Below, piece after piece: positions 1 through 9,653 of a stretch of DNA of 64,000 bases. The stretch is taken from the NCBI GenBank assembly GCA_045125655.1, contig JBGVNP010000115.1, forward strand, positions 4,797-68,796. The letters run 5' to 3'. Source of the stretch: Eubacteriales bacterium (GTDB lineage: Bacteria; Bacillota; Clostridia; Oscillospirales; CAG-272). Made by a program: the position numbers and the translations under genes. Under the pieces are notes generated by a model that did no database searches, had not been told where the DNA came from, and was given only the letters and a program-made list of their open reading frames with translations. How positions within the stretch are numbered: position 1 is the first letter of the stretch; each line of letters begins with the position of its first letter.

Positions 1-894
1 GCAAACAGAATTATCACAACCGATTCGGAGCATTCTGCTATTGAAAACACTATTAAATCCCTTGAAAATGATGGATTTGAGGTAATTAGACTCTCAACTG
101 TAAACGGTATTATTGACATTGATGAGTTTAAAAAAGCAATAAACAAGAATACATTGCTTGTATCCATTATGCACGTTAACAATGAAACGGGAGCTGTTTA
201 TAATATCAAGGAATGCTTTAAAATCGCAAAAGAGATAAATCCCGACGTTGTCACTCATACCGATGCAGTTCAATCCTATATGAAGCTCAAGGTTTCTCCA
301 AGCGAGTTGCTTGCGGATTTAGTTACGGTGAGTGCTCACAAAATTCACGGACCAAAGGGAATTGGTGCTTTGTATATAAGTCCCGATATTATTAAGAAAA
401 AACAGATAAAACCCATAATTTTTGGCGGTGGACAAGAGGGCGGATTTCGTTCGGGCACTGAAAATCTTTTGGGAATTGCTGCCTTTGGTGCTGCTGCAGA
501 AAGAGGATACAAAAATCTTTCAAAGGATATTTCAGTGATGAGAGAGCTTAGAGAATATGCTCTTGAAAAGCTTGCAAGTATTGATGTTAGAATCAATTTG
601 CCTTTGGGTGAGTGTGCGCCTCACATTATAAATATAACCTTGCCATCGATAAAGAGCGAAACTATGCTTCATCATCTTTCGGCAAATGGTATTTATATTT
701 CAAGCGGCTCCGCTTGTGCGTCAAATTCGGCAACAAAAAAAGTAAGCCGCGCGCTCAAGGGCTTCGGGCTTACTGATTTAGATGCGGACTGTTCAATAAG
801 AATCAGCTTTTCACCCTTTAATACAAAGGATGAAATTGATGCATTTATTGAATGCCTTAACATTGGTATTGAAAAATTGGTTAAAATCAAATAA
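1..894 (+). CDS. nifS: cysteine desulfurase (NifS/IscS, class V aminotransferase), 5' end cut by window edge
   Basis: Frame 1 is open from base 1 (ANRIITTDSEHSAIENT...). PLP-lysine motif SAHKIHGPKG and C-terminal SSGSACAS active-site Cys loop are present. Confidence 0.9.
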   Translation, partial: ANRIITTDSEHSAIENTIKSLENDGFEVIRLSTVNGIIDIDEFKKAINKNTLLVSIMHVNNETGAVYNIKECFKIAKEINPDVVTHTDAVQSYMKLKVSPSELLADLVTVSAHKIHGPKGIGALYISPDIIKKKQIKPIIFGGGQEGGFRSGTENLLGIAAFGAAAERGYKNLSKDISVMRELREYALEKLASIDVRINLPLGECAPHIINITLPSIKSETMLHHLSANGIYISSGSACASNSATKKVSRALKGFGLTDLDADCSIRISFSPFNTKDEIDAFIECLNIGIEKLVKIK

Positions 895-895
895 A

Positions 896-935
896 AGATA
901 AGCGGTGAGCAAATGCTCACCGCTTGATTTTTTTA
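896..935. terminator. bidirectional intrinsic terminator between nifS and the ATPase gene
   Basis: Hairpin agcggtgagc-aaat-gctcaccgct (901-924), flanked by an A-run upstream and a T-run downstream. Confidence 0.8.
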
Positions 936-3623
936 TTTCTTTTTGCTTACTGCTCTTGTGATTGCCTTAAAGATTTCAACGATCGGGATTACAAGAATTG
1001 CAAGAAGCATTGCGATTCCGTATTCCATAAGGTCAAGATGAGCAAGGCTGAATGCCTGTGCCAAGAAGTCGATCTCGATTACTGCTGTGGTAAGAAGGAA
1101 GGAAAGTATTCCTGCACCCCAGAGCCATACGTTTTGAGTATTCATCTTGAAGATTGAGCCGTGAAGTGATCTCATATTGAAAGCGTGGAAGATTTCTGCC
1201 ATGGAAAGTGTAAGGAATGCCATGGACGTACCGAGCATTTCTGCACTATAGGTTCCTGCAGCGATCGCTTCTGCATGATGAAGCTCTGCAAGCCAATCAC
1301 GACCGATAAAGTAGGAAACAAGTGTGATAAGTGTAACGAGGAAGCCCTGATATACAACTGCCACGCCAAGACCGCCTGCAAAGATGCCTTCCTTGGAATC
1401 ACGGGGAGCACGCTTCATAACGTCACTCTCGGGCTTTTCCATACCGAGCGCAAGTGCAGGGAAGCAGTCTGTGATAAGGTTGATCCAAAGCAAATGAACT
1501 GCAAGGAAGATATTCTGAATACCAAGAAGTGTTGCAAAGAAGATTGTAAGAACCTCGGAGAGGTTGGAAGCAAGAAGGAACTGAATAGCTTTTCTGATGT
1601 TATCGTAGATTCTACGTCCTTCGCCTGCCGCTGAAACGATGGTTGCAAAGTTGTCGTCTGCAAGTATCATATCGGCAACATTCTTTGTTACGTCAGTACC
1701 TGTGATACCCATACCAACGCCGATGTCGGCATTTTTAATAGAGGGAGCATCGTTTACACCGTCACCAGTCATAGCGGTGATTTTGCCTTTTTTACGCCAA
1801 GCATTAACGATTCTTGTCTTGTGCTCGGGCTGAACACGCGCGTAAACGGAATATTTTTCTACCAAGGAGTCAAAGTCCTCATCGGATATATCGTCAAGCT
1901 CGGCACCTGTGATCGCCTGAGAAGCGTCTGTAATAATACCAAGCTGAGTAGCGATTGCAACAGCAGTGTCCTTATGGTCACCGGTGATCATAATGGGACG
2001 GATACCTGCAAGACGGCACTCATCAATAGCGGGTTTAACCTCGGGACGAACGGGGTCGATCATGCCAACCATACCAATAAAGCAAAGATCGTTTTCAAGT
2101 GCTTCTGCTTCATAGATGGTGGGCTCTGCATCAAGGTCCTTAAAAGCAGCTGCAAGTACACGAAGCGCTTGATCTGCCATACCCTTATTAGCGGAAAGGA
2201 TCTGCTTTCTGATGTCATCTGTCATAGGAACTTTCTTGCCGTCAATGTAAGCAGAGGTACAAATCTTAAGGATCTCATCGGGAGCACCCTTGGTGTACTG
2301 AACGAGCTTTCCGTCATTTGTCTTATGAACTGTTGACATCATCTTACGCATTGAATCGAAGGGAACTTCACCAATACGAACGAAGAGATTCTTCTGAGTA
2401 TTCTTGGACAAATTAAGTGTTTCTGCGTAGTTTACGAGCGCACATTCGGTGGGTTCACCAACAGCTGTACCTTCATTTACGTCAAACTCTGCATCGGAGC
2501 AAAGTGACATAGCATTTGCAAGAAGTGCCTCATCGGAGCCATAGTGATCAACTACGGTCATCTTATTCTGTGTAAGTGTACCTGTTTTGTCGGAGCAGAT
2601 GATCTGTGTGCAACCGAGTGTTTCAACAGCTGTGAGCTTACGGATGATAGCGTTTCTCTTAGACATATTTGTAACGCCGATTGAGAGAACGATTGTTACA
2701 ACAGTGGAAAGACCCTCGGGAATAGCTGCAACCGCAAGGGAAATAGCTACCATAAAGAAGTCCATAACCTTGTCAAAAGTGAATTGACCCGTTGTAAGAA
2801 GCTCACGAACAATATTGATACCAAATACCAAAATAGAGATTATAATAACAAGAACTGTAAGGATCTTTGAAAGCTGACCGAGCTTGATCTGAAGGGGAGT
2901 TTTACCTTCCTCTGCCTGAGCAAGTGCATCTGCGATCTTACCCATTTCGGTATCCATACCGGTACCTGTAACAACTGCCTTACCACGTCCGTAAACGATA
3001 ACGCTACCCATATATACCATATTCTTACGGTCACCGAGAGTAACCTCATCTGCCTCGATAACATTTTCAGTTTTGTTTACGGGAACGGATTCACCGGTGA
3101 GAGCTGCCTCTTCAGCTTTGATAGAAGCGCACTCGATAATTCTTGCGTCTGCGGGAACAGCATCGCCGGCTTCAAGCACGATAATATCACCCACTACAAG
3201 ATCTTCACTCTTAACAGTTATCTGATGCCCGTCGCGAATAACCTTGGAAGTTGCTGCGGCGATTTCTTGAAGCGCCTCAATTGCTTTTTCCGCCTTGCTT
3301 TCCTGAAGAACGCCGAGAATAGCGTTAATAAGAACAACGGCAAGAATAATAACAACGTCAGAGGGGAAACCGAAATGACCGCTTATAACACCCTCGTAGA
3401 TCTCCATACCTGCAGAAATTGCTGCGGCTACGAGAAGGATGATAGTCATGGGCTCGGCAAGCTGCTTGAAGAATCTCTTGATCATAGATTCTTTTTCGCC
3501 CTCAGCAAGCTTGTTTTTTCCATTTTTCTCAAGTCTTGTCTGTGCTTCAGCAGAGGAAAGACCGTTTTCAGTAGTTGAAAAATGGGAAAGAACCTCTTCT
3601 TTTGAACTGTTGTAGAAATTCAT
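933..3623 (-). CDS. P-type (PII, Ca2+/Mn2+-type) cation-transporting ATPase
   Basis: DKTGTLT phosphorylation motif, TGDHKDTA, MTGDGVNDAPS, and N-terminal cation-ATPase domain. Start moved to the ATG at 3623 (MNFYNSS), which is preceded by AGGAG; the track ORF extends 17 codons further upstream. Confidence 0.9.
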   Translation of the reverse strand: MNFYNSSKEEVLSHFSTTENGLSSAEAQTRLEKNGKNKLAEGEKESMIKRFFKQLAEPMTIILLVAAAISAGMEIYEGVISGHFGFPSDVVIILAVVLINAILGVLQESKAEKAIEALQEIAAATSKVIRDGHQITVKSEDLVVGDIIVLEAGDAVPADARIIECASIKAEEAALTGESVPVNKTENVIEADEVTLGDRKNMVYMGSVIVYGRGKAVVTGTGMDTEMGKIADALAQAEEGKTPLQIKLGQLSKILTVLVIIISILVFGINIVRELLTTGQFTFDKVMDFFMVAISLAVAAIPEGLSTVVTIVLSIGVTNMSKRNAIIRKLTAVETLGCTQIICSDKTGTLTQNKMTVVDHYGSDEALLANAMSLCSDAEFDVNEGTAVGEPTECALVNYAETLNLSKNTQKNLFVRIGEVPFDSMRKMMSTVHKTNDGKLVQYTKGAPDEILKICTSAYIDGKKVPMTDDIRKQILSANKGMADQALRVLAAAFKDLDAEPTIYEAEALENDLCFIGMVGMIDPVRPEVKPAIDECRLAGIRPIMITGDHKDTAVAIATQLGIITDASQAITGAELDDISDEDFDSLVEKYSVYARVQPEHKTRIVNAWRKKGKITAMTGDGVNDAPSIKNADIGVGMGITGTDVTKNVADMILADDNFATIVSAAGEGRRIYDNIRKAIQFLLASNLSEVLTIFFATLLGIQNIFLAVHLLWINLITDCFPALALGMEKPESDVMKRAPRDSKEGIFAGGLGVAVVYQGFLVTLITLVSYFIGRDWLAELHHAEAIAAGTYSAEMLGTSMAFLTLSMAEIFHAFNMRSLHGSIFKMNTQNVWLWGAGILSFLLTTAVIEIDFLAQAFSLAHLDLMEYGIAMLLAILVIPIVEIFKAITRAVSKKK

Positions 3624-3661
3624 TTTTTTCTCCTTATTAGTGATTTTGGGGTGTAGGTTAC

Positions 3662-3770
3662 AAAAAAGACTCAAGTGTATTACACACTTGAGTCTTGTTC
3701 ATTAAGATATGCCAGGCAAACGCCATGATGTTGACATATCACGTAATACGCAAACTACTCCCTCGAGTGA
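3662..3770 (-). promoter_or_regulatory. candidate yybP-ykoY-like (Mn2+) riboswitch with terminator expression platform
   Basis: Leader RNA reads ...CUCGAGGGAGUAG...GAUAUG-UCAACAU...CAUAUC-UUAAUGAACAAGACUCAAGUG.... An 11-bp terminator hairpin (3668-3695) plus U6 follows. The 3' P1 strand overlaps the 5' arm of the terminator. Recognised from remembered consensus strings, not from a covariance-model search. Confidence 0.55.
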
Positions 3771-3774
3771 GTAA

Positions 3775-3803
3775 ATTATAACATATTGCTTAATTGTTGT
3801 CAA
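3775..3803 (-). promoter_or_regulatory. sigma-A-type promoter of the riboswitch/ATPase transcript
   Basis: Minus strand TTGACA (3803-3798), 17 nt, TATAAT (3780-3775). Confidence 0.7.
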
Positions 3804-3835
3804 GAAAAATTGCAAAAAATCATAAAAATTTAATA

Positions 3836-4897
3836 TTATTCTATTATACCGCCGCCGACAACAACATCACCGTCATAAAGAACGATGGATTGCCCCTTTG
3901 TAATGGCTCTTTGTGGCTCGTCAAACACTACCTTGATTCTATCTTTTGATATTTGTTCAACGGTTGCGGGCTGTTCCTTTTGATTATATCTAATCTTGGC
4001 TTTTACCTTTATTGGAGCATCAATTTTTTCGCAGGAAATAAGATTGATATTATTGGCAGTGAGAGTGGTTTTAAAAAGCTCGGAGTTTCTTGCAAGCTTT
4101 ACGGTGTTACTCTCGATATCCTTTTCAACAACGTACATTGGTTCTCCAAGTGCTAATCCCAAGCCCTTTCTTTGACCAATGGTATATTTAATGATACCTT
4201 CGTGTGTTCCGAGAATATTTCCATTTAGATCAATAAAATTGCCTTTGGGAAAATCCTCACCCGTGATTCGTTTAATAAATGAAGTGTAATCACCGTCGGG
4301 AATAAAGCAGATGTCCTGACTGTCACGCTTTCGTGCATTTATAAATCCCATGCTCTCCGCCATATCTCTTGCATCTGCTTTGCTCATAGAGCCGAGAGGG
4401 AAGAGGGTATGGGCTAATTGTTGCTGGGTAAGAGAATAAAGCACATAGCTCTGATCCTTTGTTTCATCAACTGCCTTTTTAAGAAGGAATCTTCCGTTTT
4501 CACCTTTTTCTATACGCGCGTAATGTCCCGTTGCTATTGCATCGTATCCGCGCTCCATAGCCATTTGCAAAAGCTTTTCAAATTTGATTTTTCTATTACA
4601 AACCACACAGGGATTGGGAGTTGAACCACATTTATAGCAATTTATAAAATCTGAGATTACACAGTTACGAAATTCCGCACCGAAATCGTGCACCTCGTGT
4701 GGAATACCCAAAATATTACACACGCTTTTGGCATCGGCGATATCTTGGTCGCTGCAACAGGAGTTTTCACCGTATATTAAATTATCACTAGCATCGTGAA
4801 GTCGCATTGTAACACCGATAGCTTCGTGGTCCTTGCCTATAAAATAAGCACAAACCGCACTATCAACTCCACCGCTCATAGCTACGATAACCTTCAT
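3836..4897 (-). CDS. mnmA: tRNA 2-thiouridine(34) synthase
   Basis: N-terminal PP-loop VAMSGGVDSAV and typical MnmA length and motifs (CCSDQD, GHYAR). Confidence 0.95.
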   Translation of the reverse strand: MKVIVAMSGGVDSAVCAYFIGKDHEAIGVTMRLHDASDNLIYGENSCCSDQDIADAKSVCNILGIPHEVHDFGAEFRNCVISDFINCYKCGSTPNPCVVCNRKIKFEKLLQMAMERGYDAIATGHYARIEKGENGRFLLKKAVDETKDQSYVLYSLTQQQLAHTLFPLGSMSKADARDMAESMGFINARKRDSQDICFIPDGDYTSFIKRITGEDFPKGNFIDLNGNILGTHEGIIKYTIGQRKGLGLALGEPMYVVEKDIESNTVKLARNSELFKTTLTANNINLISCEKIDAPIKVKAKIRYNQKEQPATVEQISKDRIKVVFDEPQRAITKGQSIVLYDGDVVVGGGIIE

Positions 4898-4915
4898 ATA
4901 TGTTCTCCTTTCATT

Positions 4916-5431
4916 TCAATCAATTTTATAGTCTTCCCACATGAATGTAGTTGGCATGCCTTCCTCTAAAAGTCCTTCAAAATTATTTTGTCTAAACACC
5001 TCATAAACGGCTATTGCTACGGAATTTGAAAGATTTAATGAGCGAAGATTTGGGCGCATTGGTATTCTGACACATGAATAGGGATTCTTTTCAAGAAGAG
5101 ATTCGGGGAGTCCCTTTGATTCTTTACCAAACATCAAAAATACATTACCTTCAAAATTAGCTTCAGTATATTTTCTTGGTGCCTTTGTCGTGAAATAAAA
5201 TACGTTTGCCTCAGGATTTCTATCATAAAAATCATCCAAATTTTCATAATAAGTGATGTCAAGCAAATGCCAGTAATCAAGTCCTGCTCGCTTGAGCTTT
5301 TTATCGTCAATAGTGAATCCCATTGGCTTAATTATATGGAGAGCTGCTCCGGTAGCCGCGCAGGTGCGAGCAATATTACCCGTATTTTGTGGAATTTCGG
5401 GTTCATGAAGTACTATATTTATGTTTGCCAT
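4916..5431 (-). CDS. trmL: tRNA (cytidine/uridine(34)-2'-O)-methyltransferase, SpoU/TrmL family
   Basis: HEPEIPQNTGNIARTCAATG and C-terminal SLNLSNSVAIAVYE SPOUT motifs. Start set to the ATG at 5431 (MANINIV). Confidence 0.85.
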   Translation of the reverse strand: MANINIVLHEPEIPQNTGNIARTCAATGAALHIIKPMGFTIDDKKLKRAGLDYWHLLDITYYENLDDFYDRNPEANVFYFTTKAPRKYTEANFEGNVFLMFGKESKGLPESLLEKNPYSCVRIPMRPNLRSLNLSNSVAIAVYEVFRQNNFEGLLEEGMPTTFMWEDYKID

Positions 5432-5581
5432 ATTATTTTCCTTATATAAACATTTTATCAACCAATTATATAACATTTTAAATTAATTTTCAATAATTAT
5501 TTTAAAAATTTACAAAAAGCTATGGTATTTATTGAAATTATGTAGTATAATGAGATGATATTTAAATTTTTGGAGGACTAA

Positions 5582-8320
5582 ATGGGACTTTTTGATAAGC
5601 TCTTTGGCACTTATAGCGAAAGGGAACTTAAAAAAATAGATAAAACTGTTAATCAAATTGAAGCACTTGCGGACAAGTATTCAAAAATGACTGATGCGGA
5701 GCTTTCAGGTATGACACCTATTTTTAAAGAAAGACTTGCAAATGGTGAAACTCTTGACGACATTCTTCCCGATGCCTTTGCGGCAGTAAGAGAAGCGGCA
5801 GACCGTGTGCTCGGTAAGCGCCCCTTTAGAGTACAGCTTGTAGGCGGCATCATTCTTCATCAAGGAAGAATTGCAGAGATGAAAACAGGTGAGGGTAAAA
5901 CTCTCGTTGCCACAATGCCTGCTTACCTCAATGCTCTCACGGGAGAAGGAGTTCATATCGTAACTGTCAACGACTATCTTGCTTGCCGTGACAGTGAGGA
6001 AATGGGCAGAGTTTACGGTTTTATGGGTCTTAAGACGGGAATCGTTGTTCACGGTCAGACACCCACACAGAAGCAGGAAGCTTATAATGCCGACATTACT
6101 TACGGTACAAATAATGAATTTGGTTTTGATTATCTTCGCGATAATATGGTGGTTTATAAGCAAAATCTTTCGCAACGTGGACACGCCTTTGCTATTGTCG
6201 ATGAGGTTGACTCGATTCTTATCGACGAGGCAAGAACGCCCCTTATTATCTCAGGAGCGGGTGATCCATCCACCGATCTCTATACAAAGGCAGATGATCT
6301 CGTTCGCAGATTTAAAAAGCTTGTTGTAAAGGAAATAGATGCTAAGGAAGACCAAGAGGAGCTTGATGCAGATTATATCGTTGATGAAAAAGCAAAAAAT
6401 GCCGTTATCACTCCTGCAGGAACAAGAAAGGCAGAAAAATTCTTTGGTATTGAAAACCTCAGCGATCCTGATAATAACGAGATCGCTCATCACGTAAATC
6501 AGGCAATTCGCGCTTACGGTACAATGAAGCGTGACGTAGATTACGTTGTTAACGATCAAGGCGTTATGATTGTTGATGCCTTTACGGGTCGTCTTATGCC
6601 CGGCAGAAGATATTCAAACGGTCTTCATCAAGCCATCGAGGCAAAGGAAAAAGTTAAGATCGAGAAGGAAAATCAAACCCTTGCTACGATCACCTTCCAG
6701 AATTACTTTAGAATGTACAAGAAGCTCTCCGGTATGACTGGTACTGCTCTTACTGAGGATGCTGAATTCCGTGAGATATATTCTCTTGACGTTGTCGAAA
6801 TTCCTACAAACAAGCCAATGATAAGAGTGGATCACAACGATGTTCTTTATAAAACTATAAATGGAAAATACCGAGCTATTGTCAACAAGGTAAAAGAGTG
6901 CCACGCCAAGGGTCAGCCCGTGCTTGTAGGTACTGTATCAATTGATAAATCCGAAATTCTCTCAAAGCTTCTTGAGAGAGAGGGAATAAAGCATACTGTC
7001 CTCAATGCAAAGCTTCACGAAAAGGAAGCTGAGATCGTTGCACAGGCAGGTAAATTAGGTGCTGTAACCATTTCTACCAATATGGCGGGACGTGGTACTG
7101 ACATTATGCTTGGCGGTAACTCCGAGTTTATGGCTAAGAACGAAATGCGTAAGATGGGCTTTACAGACGAATTGATTTCCGTGGCAACGGGTACTTCGGT
7201 CGTTGATAATGAAGATATTATGAACGCGAGAAGAACCTTTGCTGAGCTTAACAAGAAGTTTAAAAAGGAAATTGAACCCGAAGCACAAAAAGTAAGAGAA
7301 GCTGGCGGCTTGTTTATTCTTGGATCCGAGCGTCACGAATCACGTCGAATCGATAATCAGCTTCGCGGTAGATCGGGACGTCAAGGTGACCCCGGTGAAT
7401 CTTGCTTCTATCTCTCACTTGAGGACGATCTTATGAGATTGTTTGGCGGTGAAAGAATGCATCTTATTGCTAATAATCTTGGTATGAGTGATGATGACGT
7501 AATCGACCAGAGAGCATTCTCAAGCGTTATTGAAAGCTCACAAAAGAGAGTTGAGGATATGAACTTCAGACGCAGAAAGAACGTTCTTGCTTATGACGAC
7601 GTTATGAATAAGCAAAGAGAGCTTATCTACAAGCAAAGACAGGACGTGCTTAATGGAGTAGATATTTCTGACAAGATTGCAAATATGATTGCAGAAACAG
7701 TTCAGCAAAAGGTTGCAGAGCTTGTTGATGAAGAGAACAAGACAGTTGACCTTGCAGGACTTGAATCATATTTTGTTCTTCTTTTGAGAGAAAAGTATCC
7801 ATTTTTTGAAATTAAGGCACTTGCTGAAAAAATCAACGGAGATACTGCTAATGAAATCACGGCTATTCTTTGCGAGAGAGCCGATCAGGTTTATAAGGAA
7901 AAGGAAGAGCTTTTCGGTGCGGATAATATGCGCGAGATAGAGCGTGCGATCCTTCTTCGTAACGTTGATAAAAAATGGATGGAACATATCGATGCTATGG
8001 ATGATCTTAAGGGTACCGTTGGACTTCAAAGCTATGCGCAGCGTGATCCTGTTACGGAATATAGATTCCGCGGCGCAGATATGTTTGACGAGCTTGTTAA
8101 CGATATAAGAGAAAACACGGCAAGAATGATTCTTTGTATAACAAAGAAGGCTCCCGATACCCAGAGAGTACAGATAGCTAATCCTATTATGGCATCTGCT
8201 TCAGGAGAAATTGCCAAAAAGAAAATTACTGTTGTCAAGTCCGATAAGGTTGGAAGAAATGATCCTTGTCCTTGCGGAAGCGGCAAAAAATACAAAAATT
8301 GCTGTGGAGCAAATAGATAA
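5582..8320 (+). CDS. secA: preprotein translocase ATPase SecA
   Basis: MKTGEGKT Walker A, DEVDSILIDEARTPLIISG, and C-terminal zinc motif CPCGSGKKYKNCC. GGAGG RBS upstream. Confidence 0.98.
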   Translation: MGLFDKLFGTYSERELKKIDKTVNQIEALADKYSKMTDAELSGMTPIFKERLANGETLDDILPDAFAAVREAADRVLGKRPFRVQLVGGIILHQGRIAEMKTGEGKTLVATMPAYLNALTGEGVHIVTVNDYLACRDSEEMGRVYGFMGLKTGIVVHGQTPTQKQEAYNADITYGTNNEFGFDYLRDNMVVYKQNLSQRGHAFAIVDEVDSILIDEARTPLIISGAGDPSTDLYTKADDLVRRFKKLVVKEIDAKEDQEELDADYIVDEKAKNAVITPAGTRKAEKFFGIENLSDPDNNEIAHHVNQAIRAYGTMKRDVDYVVNDQGVMIVDAFTGRLMPGRRYSNGLHQAIEAKEKVKIEKENQTLATITFQNYFRMYKKLSGMTGTALTEDAEFREIYSLDVVEIPTNKPMIRVDHNDVLYKTINGKYRAIVNKVKECHAKGQPVLVGTVSIDKSEILSKLLEREGIKHTVLNAKLHEKEAEIVAQAGKLGAVTISTNMAGRGTDIMLGGNSEFMAKNEMRKMGFTDELISVATGTSVVDNEDIMNARRTFAELNKKFKKEIEPEAQKVREAGGLFILGSERHESRRIDNQLRGRSGRQGDPGESCFYLSLEDDLMRLFGGERMHLIANNLGMSDDDVIDQRAFSSVIESSQKRVEDMNFRRRKNVLAYDDVMNKQRELIYKQRQDVLNGVDISDKIANMIAETVQQKVAELVDEENKTVDLAGLESYFVLLLREKYPFFEIKALAEKINGDTANEITAILCERADQVYKEKEELFGADNMREIERAILLRNVDKKWMEHIDAMDDLKGTVGLQSYAQRDPVTEYRFRGADMFDELVNDIRENTARMILCITKKAPDTQRVQIANPIMASASGEIAKKKITVVKSDKVGRNDPCPCGSGKKYKNCCGANR

Positions 8321-8327
8321 AATACAA

Positions 8328-8356
8328 AAGCGGTGGGATTTCCCACCGCTTATTTA
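8328..8356 (+). terminator. intrinsic terminator after secA
   Basis: Hairpin aagcggtggga/tcccaccgctt followed by a T-rich tail. Confidence 0.75.
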
Positions 8357-9583
8357 ATTATATTGTGGTTCACCGTTACGTACGGATATAGTTTCACCGT
8401 TTTCAAAATAAACTGTGCAATTAACTTGCTCTCCAAAATTCCAATTTGTACCCATAATAGCTTCCCAGTCGGCTCTTGTTCCTTGATATATAAAGGTATT
8501 TAATTTTAGACAGCCCCCAAATATCCATTTTCCAATACTTTCAATATCTTTATGAATAATCACTGTTGTAAGAGCATCGCAATATCTAAAAGCGTAATCT
8601 TCTATTATCTTGACATTATCAGGAATAGATACGGATGTAAAATTACAATTTTCAAGCGCCCTCTTTCCTATTTTTATTACATCAGGCGCAATTGAAATGA
8701 AGCCACTGAGATTTGATTTATCAACCGATGTTAATGTTCCGTCACCGGTTACATTCCAATAACTCTCATTATATTCAAGTACATCAATGGTTTTTCTATC
8801 TATGGTTGAACAATTGGTGCAAATACGATTTTCTTCTCCCTCATTTTTATATGTGGGATATAAAATAATTATCCAATCACCAAAGGAATGAGTTTTACCT
8901 GTATATTTTTCTTCAAAGTGTGAACAATCTTTATTGCCACAATATCTTCTTTCAATGCCATCATTGGTGCAAGAGGATGCTTGATATACACTCCAAGAAC
9001 TATACTGATGTCCGCCCAAGTTATGAGTTGATCTTTCTTCAGTTTTGCCACATTTGCATGTACGCTGATCTTTTCCGTTTTTCTCGCAGGTCGGTGCTTC
9101 AAGCACTTGCCATTCTCCAAATACATGGTCTATCGGTTTCACTGCTTTTTCATCCGACCATCCGCATAGGCATTTACGAGCCATAATACCGCCGTCAGTA
9201 CAGGTAGGTTCAATGATCACGTTCCATTCGCCAAAAGAATGTGTATGATTTGTCAAGTCTTCAATTTGCATTGTTCTTGAGCATACGGAGCAGAGTAGTC
9301 TTTTTTCAGTTCCATCTTCATTAAATTCCCATTTGCCTTCTTGATGGGCAAGTTTATCGATTGACTTTTGCTGTGTATCACCACATTCACAAAAGCGTCT
9401 ATATATGCCTTGCTCGGCGCAGGTTGGATTTTTAAAGATCTCCCATTCGCTGTAAAAGTGTGTGTGCTCGTTGAGAATTGAAACTATTACAGGTATAGTA
9501 GTAATTGCAAATATAAGTACTACGGCAATTAAAAAAGCAGGTATATATTTAACTATTTGTTTTATATACTTATCCACGGGCAA
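8354..9583 (-). CDS. membrane-anchored surface protein: six His/Trp/Cys-rich ~40-aa repeats plus C-terminal BspA-type leucine-rich repeats
   Basis: N-terminal K-rich segment plus one TM (IPAFLIAVVLIFAITTIPVIVSIL). Repeats follow H-x-[FY]-[GS]-x-W...P-[TS]-C-xxx-G...R-x-C-x-C-G (aa ~38-269). The C-terminus (IPDNVKIIEDYAFRYCDALTTVIIHKDIESIGKWIFGGCLKL) looks like LRR_5/BspA. Confidence 0.7.
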   Translation of the reverse strand: MPVDKYIKQIVKYIPAFLIAVVLIFAITTIPVIVSILNEHTHFYSEWEIFKNPTCAEQGIYRRFCECGDTQQKSIDKLAHQEGKWEFNEDGTEKRLLCSVCSRTMQIEDLTNHTHSFGEWNVIIEPTCTDGGIMARKCLCGWSDEKAVKPIDHVFGEWQVLEAPTCEKNGKDQRTCKCGKTEERSTHNLGGHQYSSWSVYQASSCTNDGIERRYCGNKDCSHFEEKYTGKTHSFGDWIIILYPTYKNEGEENRICTNCSTIDRKTIDVLEYNESYWNVTGDGTLTSVDKSNLSGFISIAPDVIKIGKRALENCNFTSVSIPDNVKIIEDYAFRYCDALTTVIIHKDIESIGKWIFGGCLKLNTFIYQGTRADWEAIMGTNWNFGEQVNCTVYFENGETISVRNGEPQYN

Positions 9584-9653
9584 CTCCTAAATAAAGTGAT
9601 TTACCCAATTCTATCATAATTTGTCGTATTTTGCAATATATATTTAAATTTTA

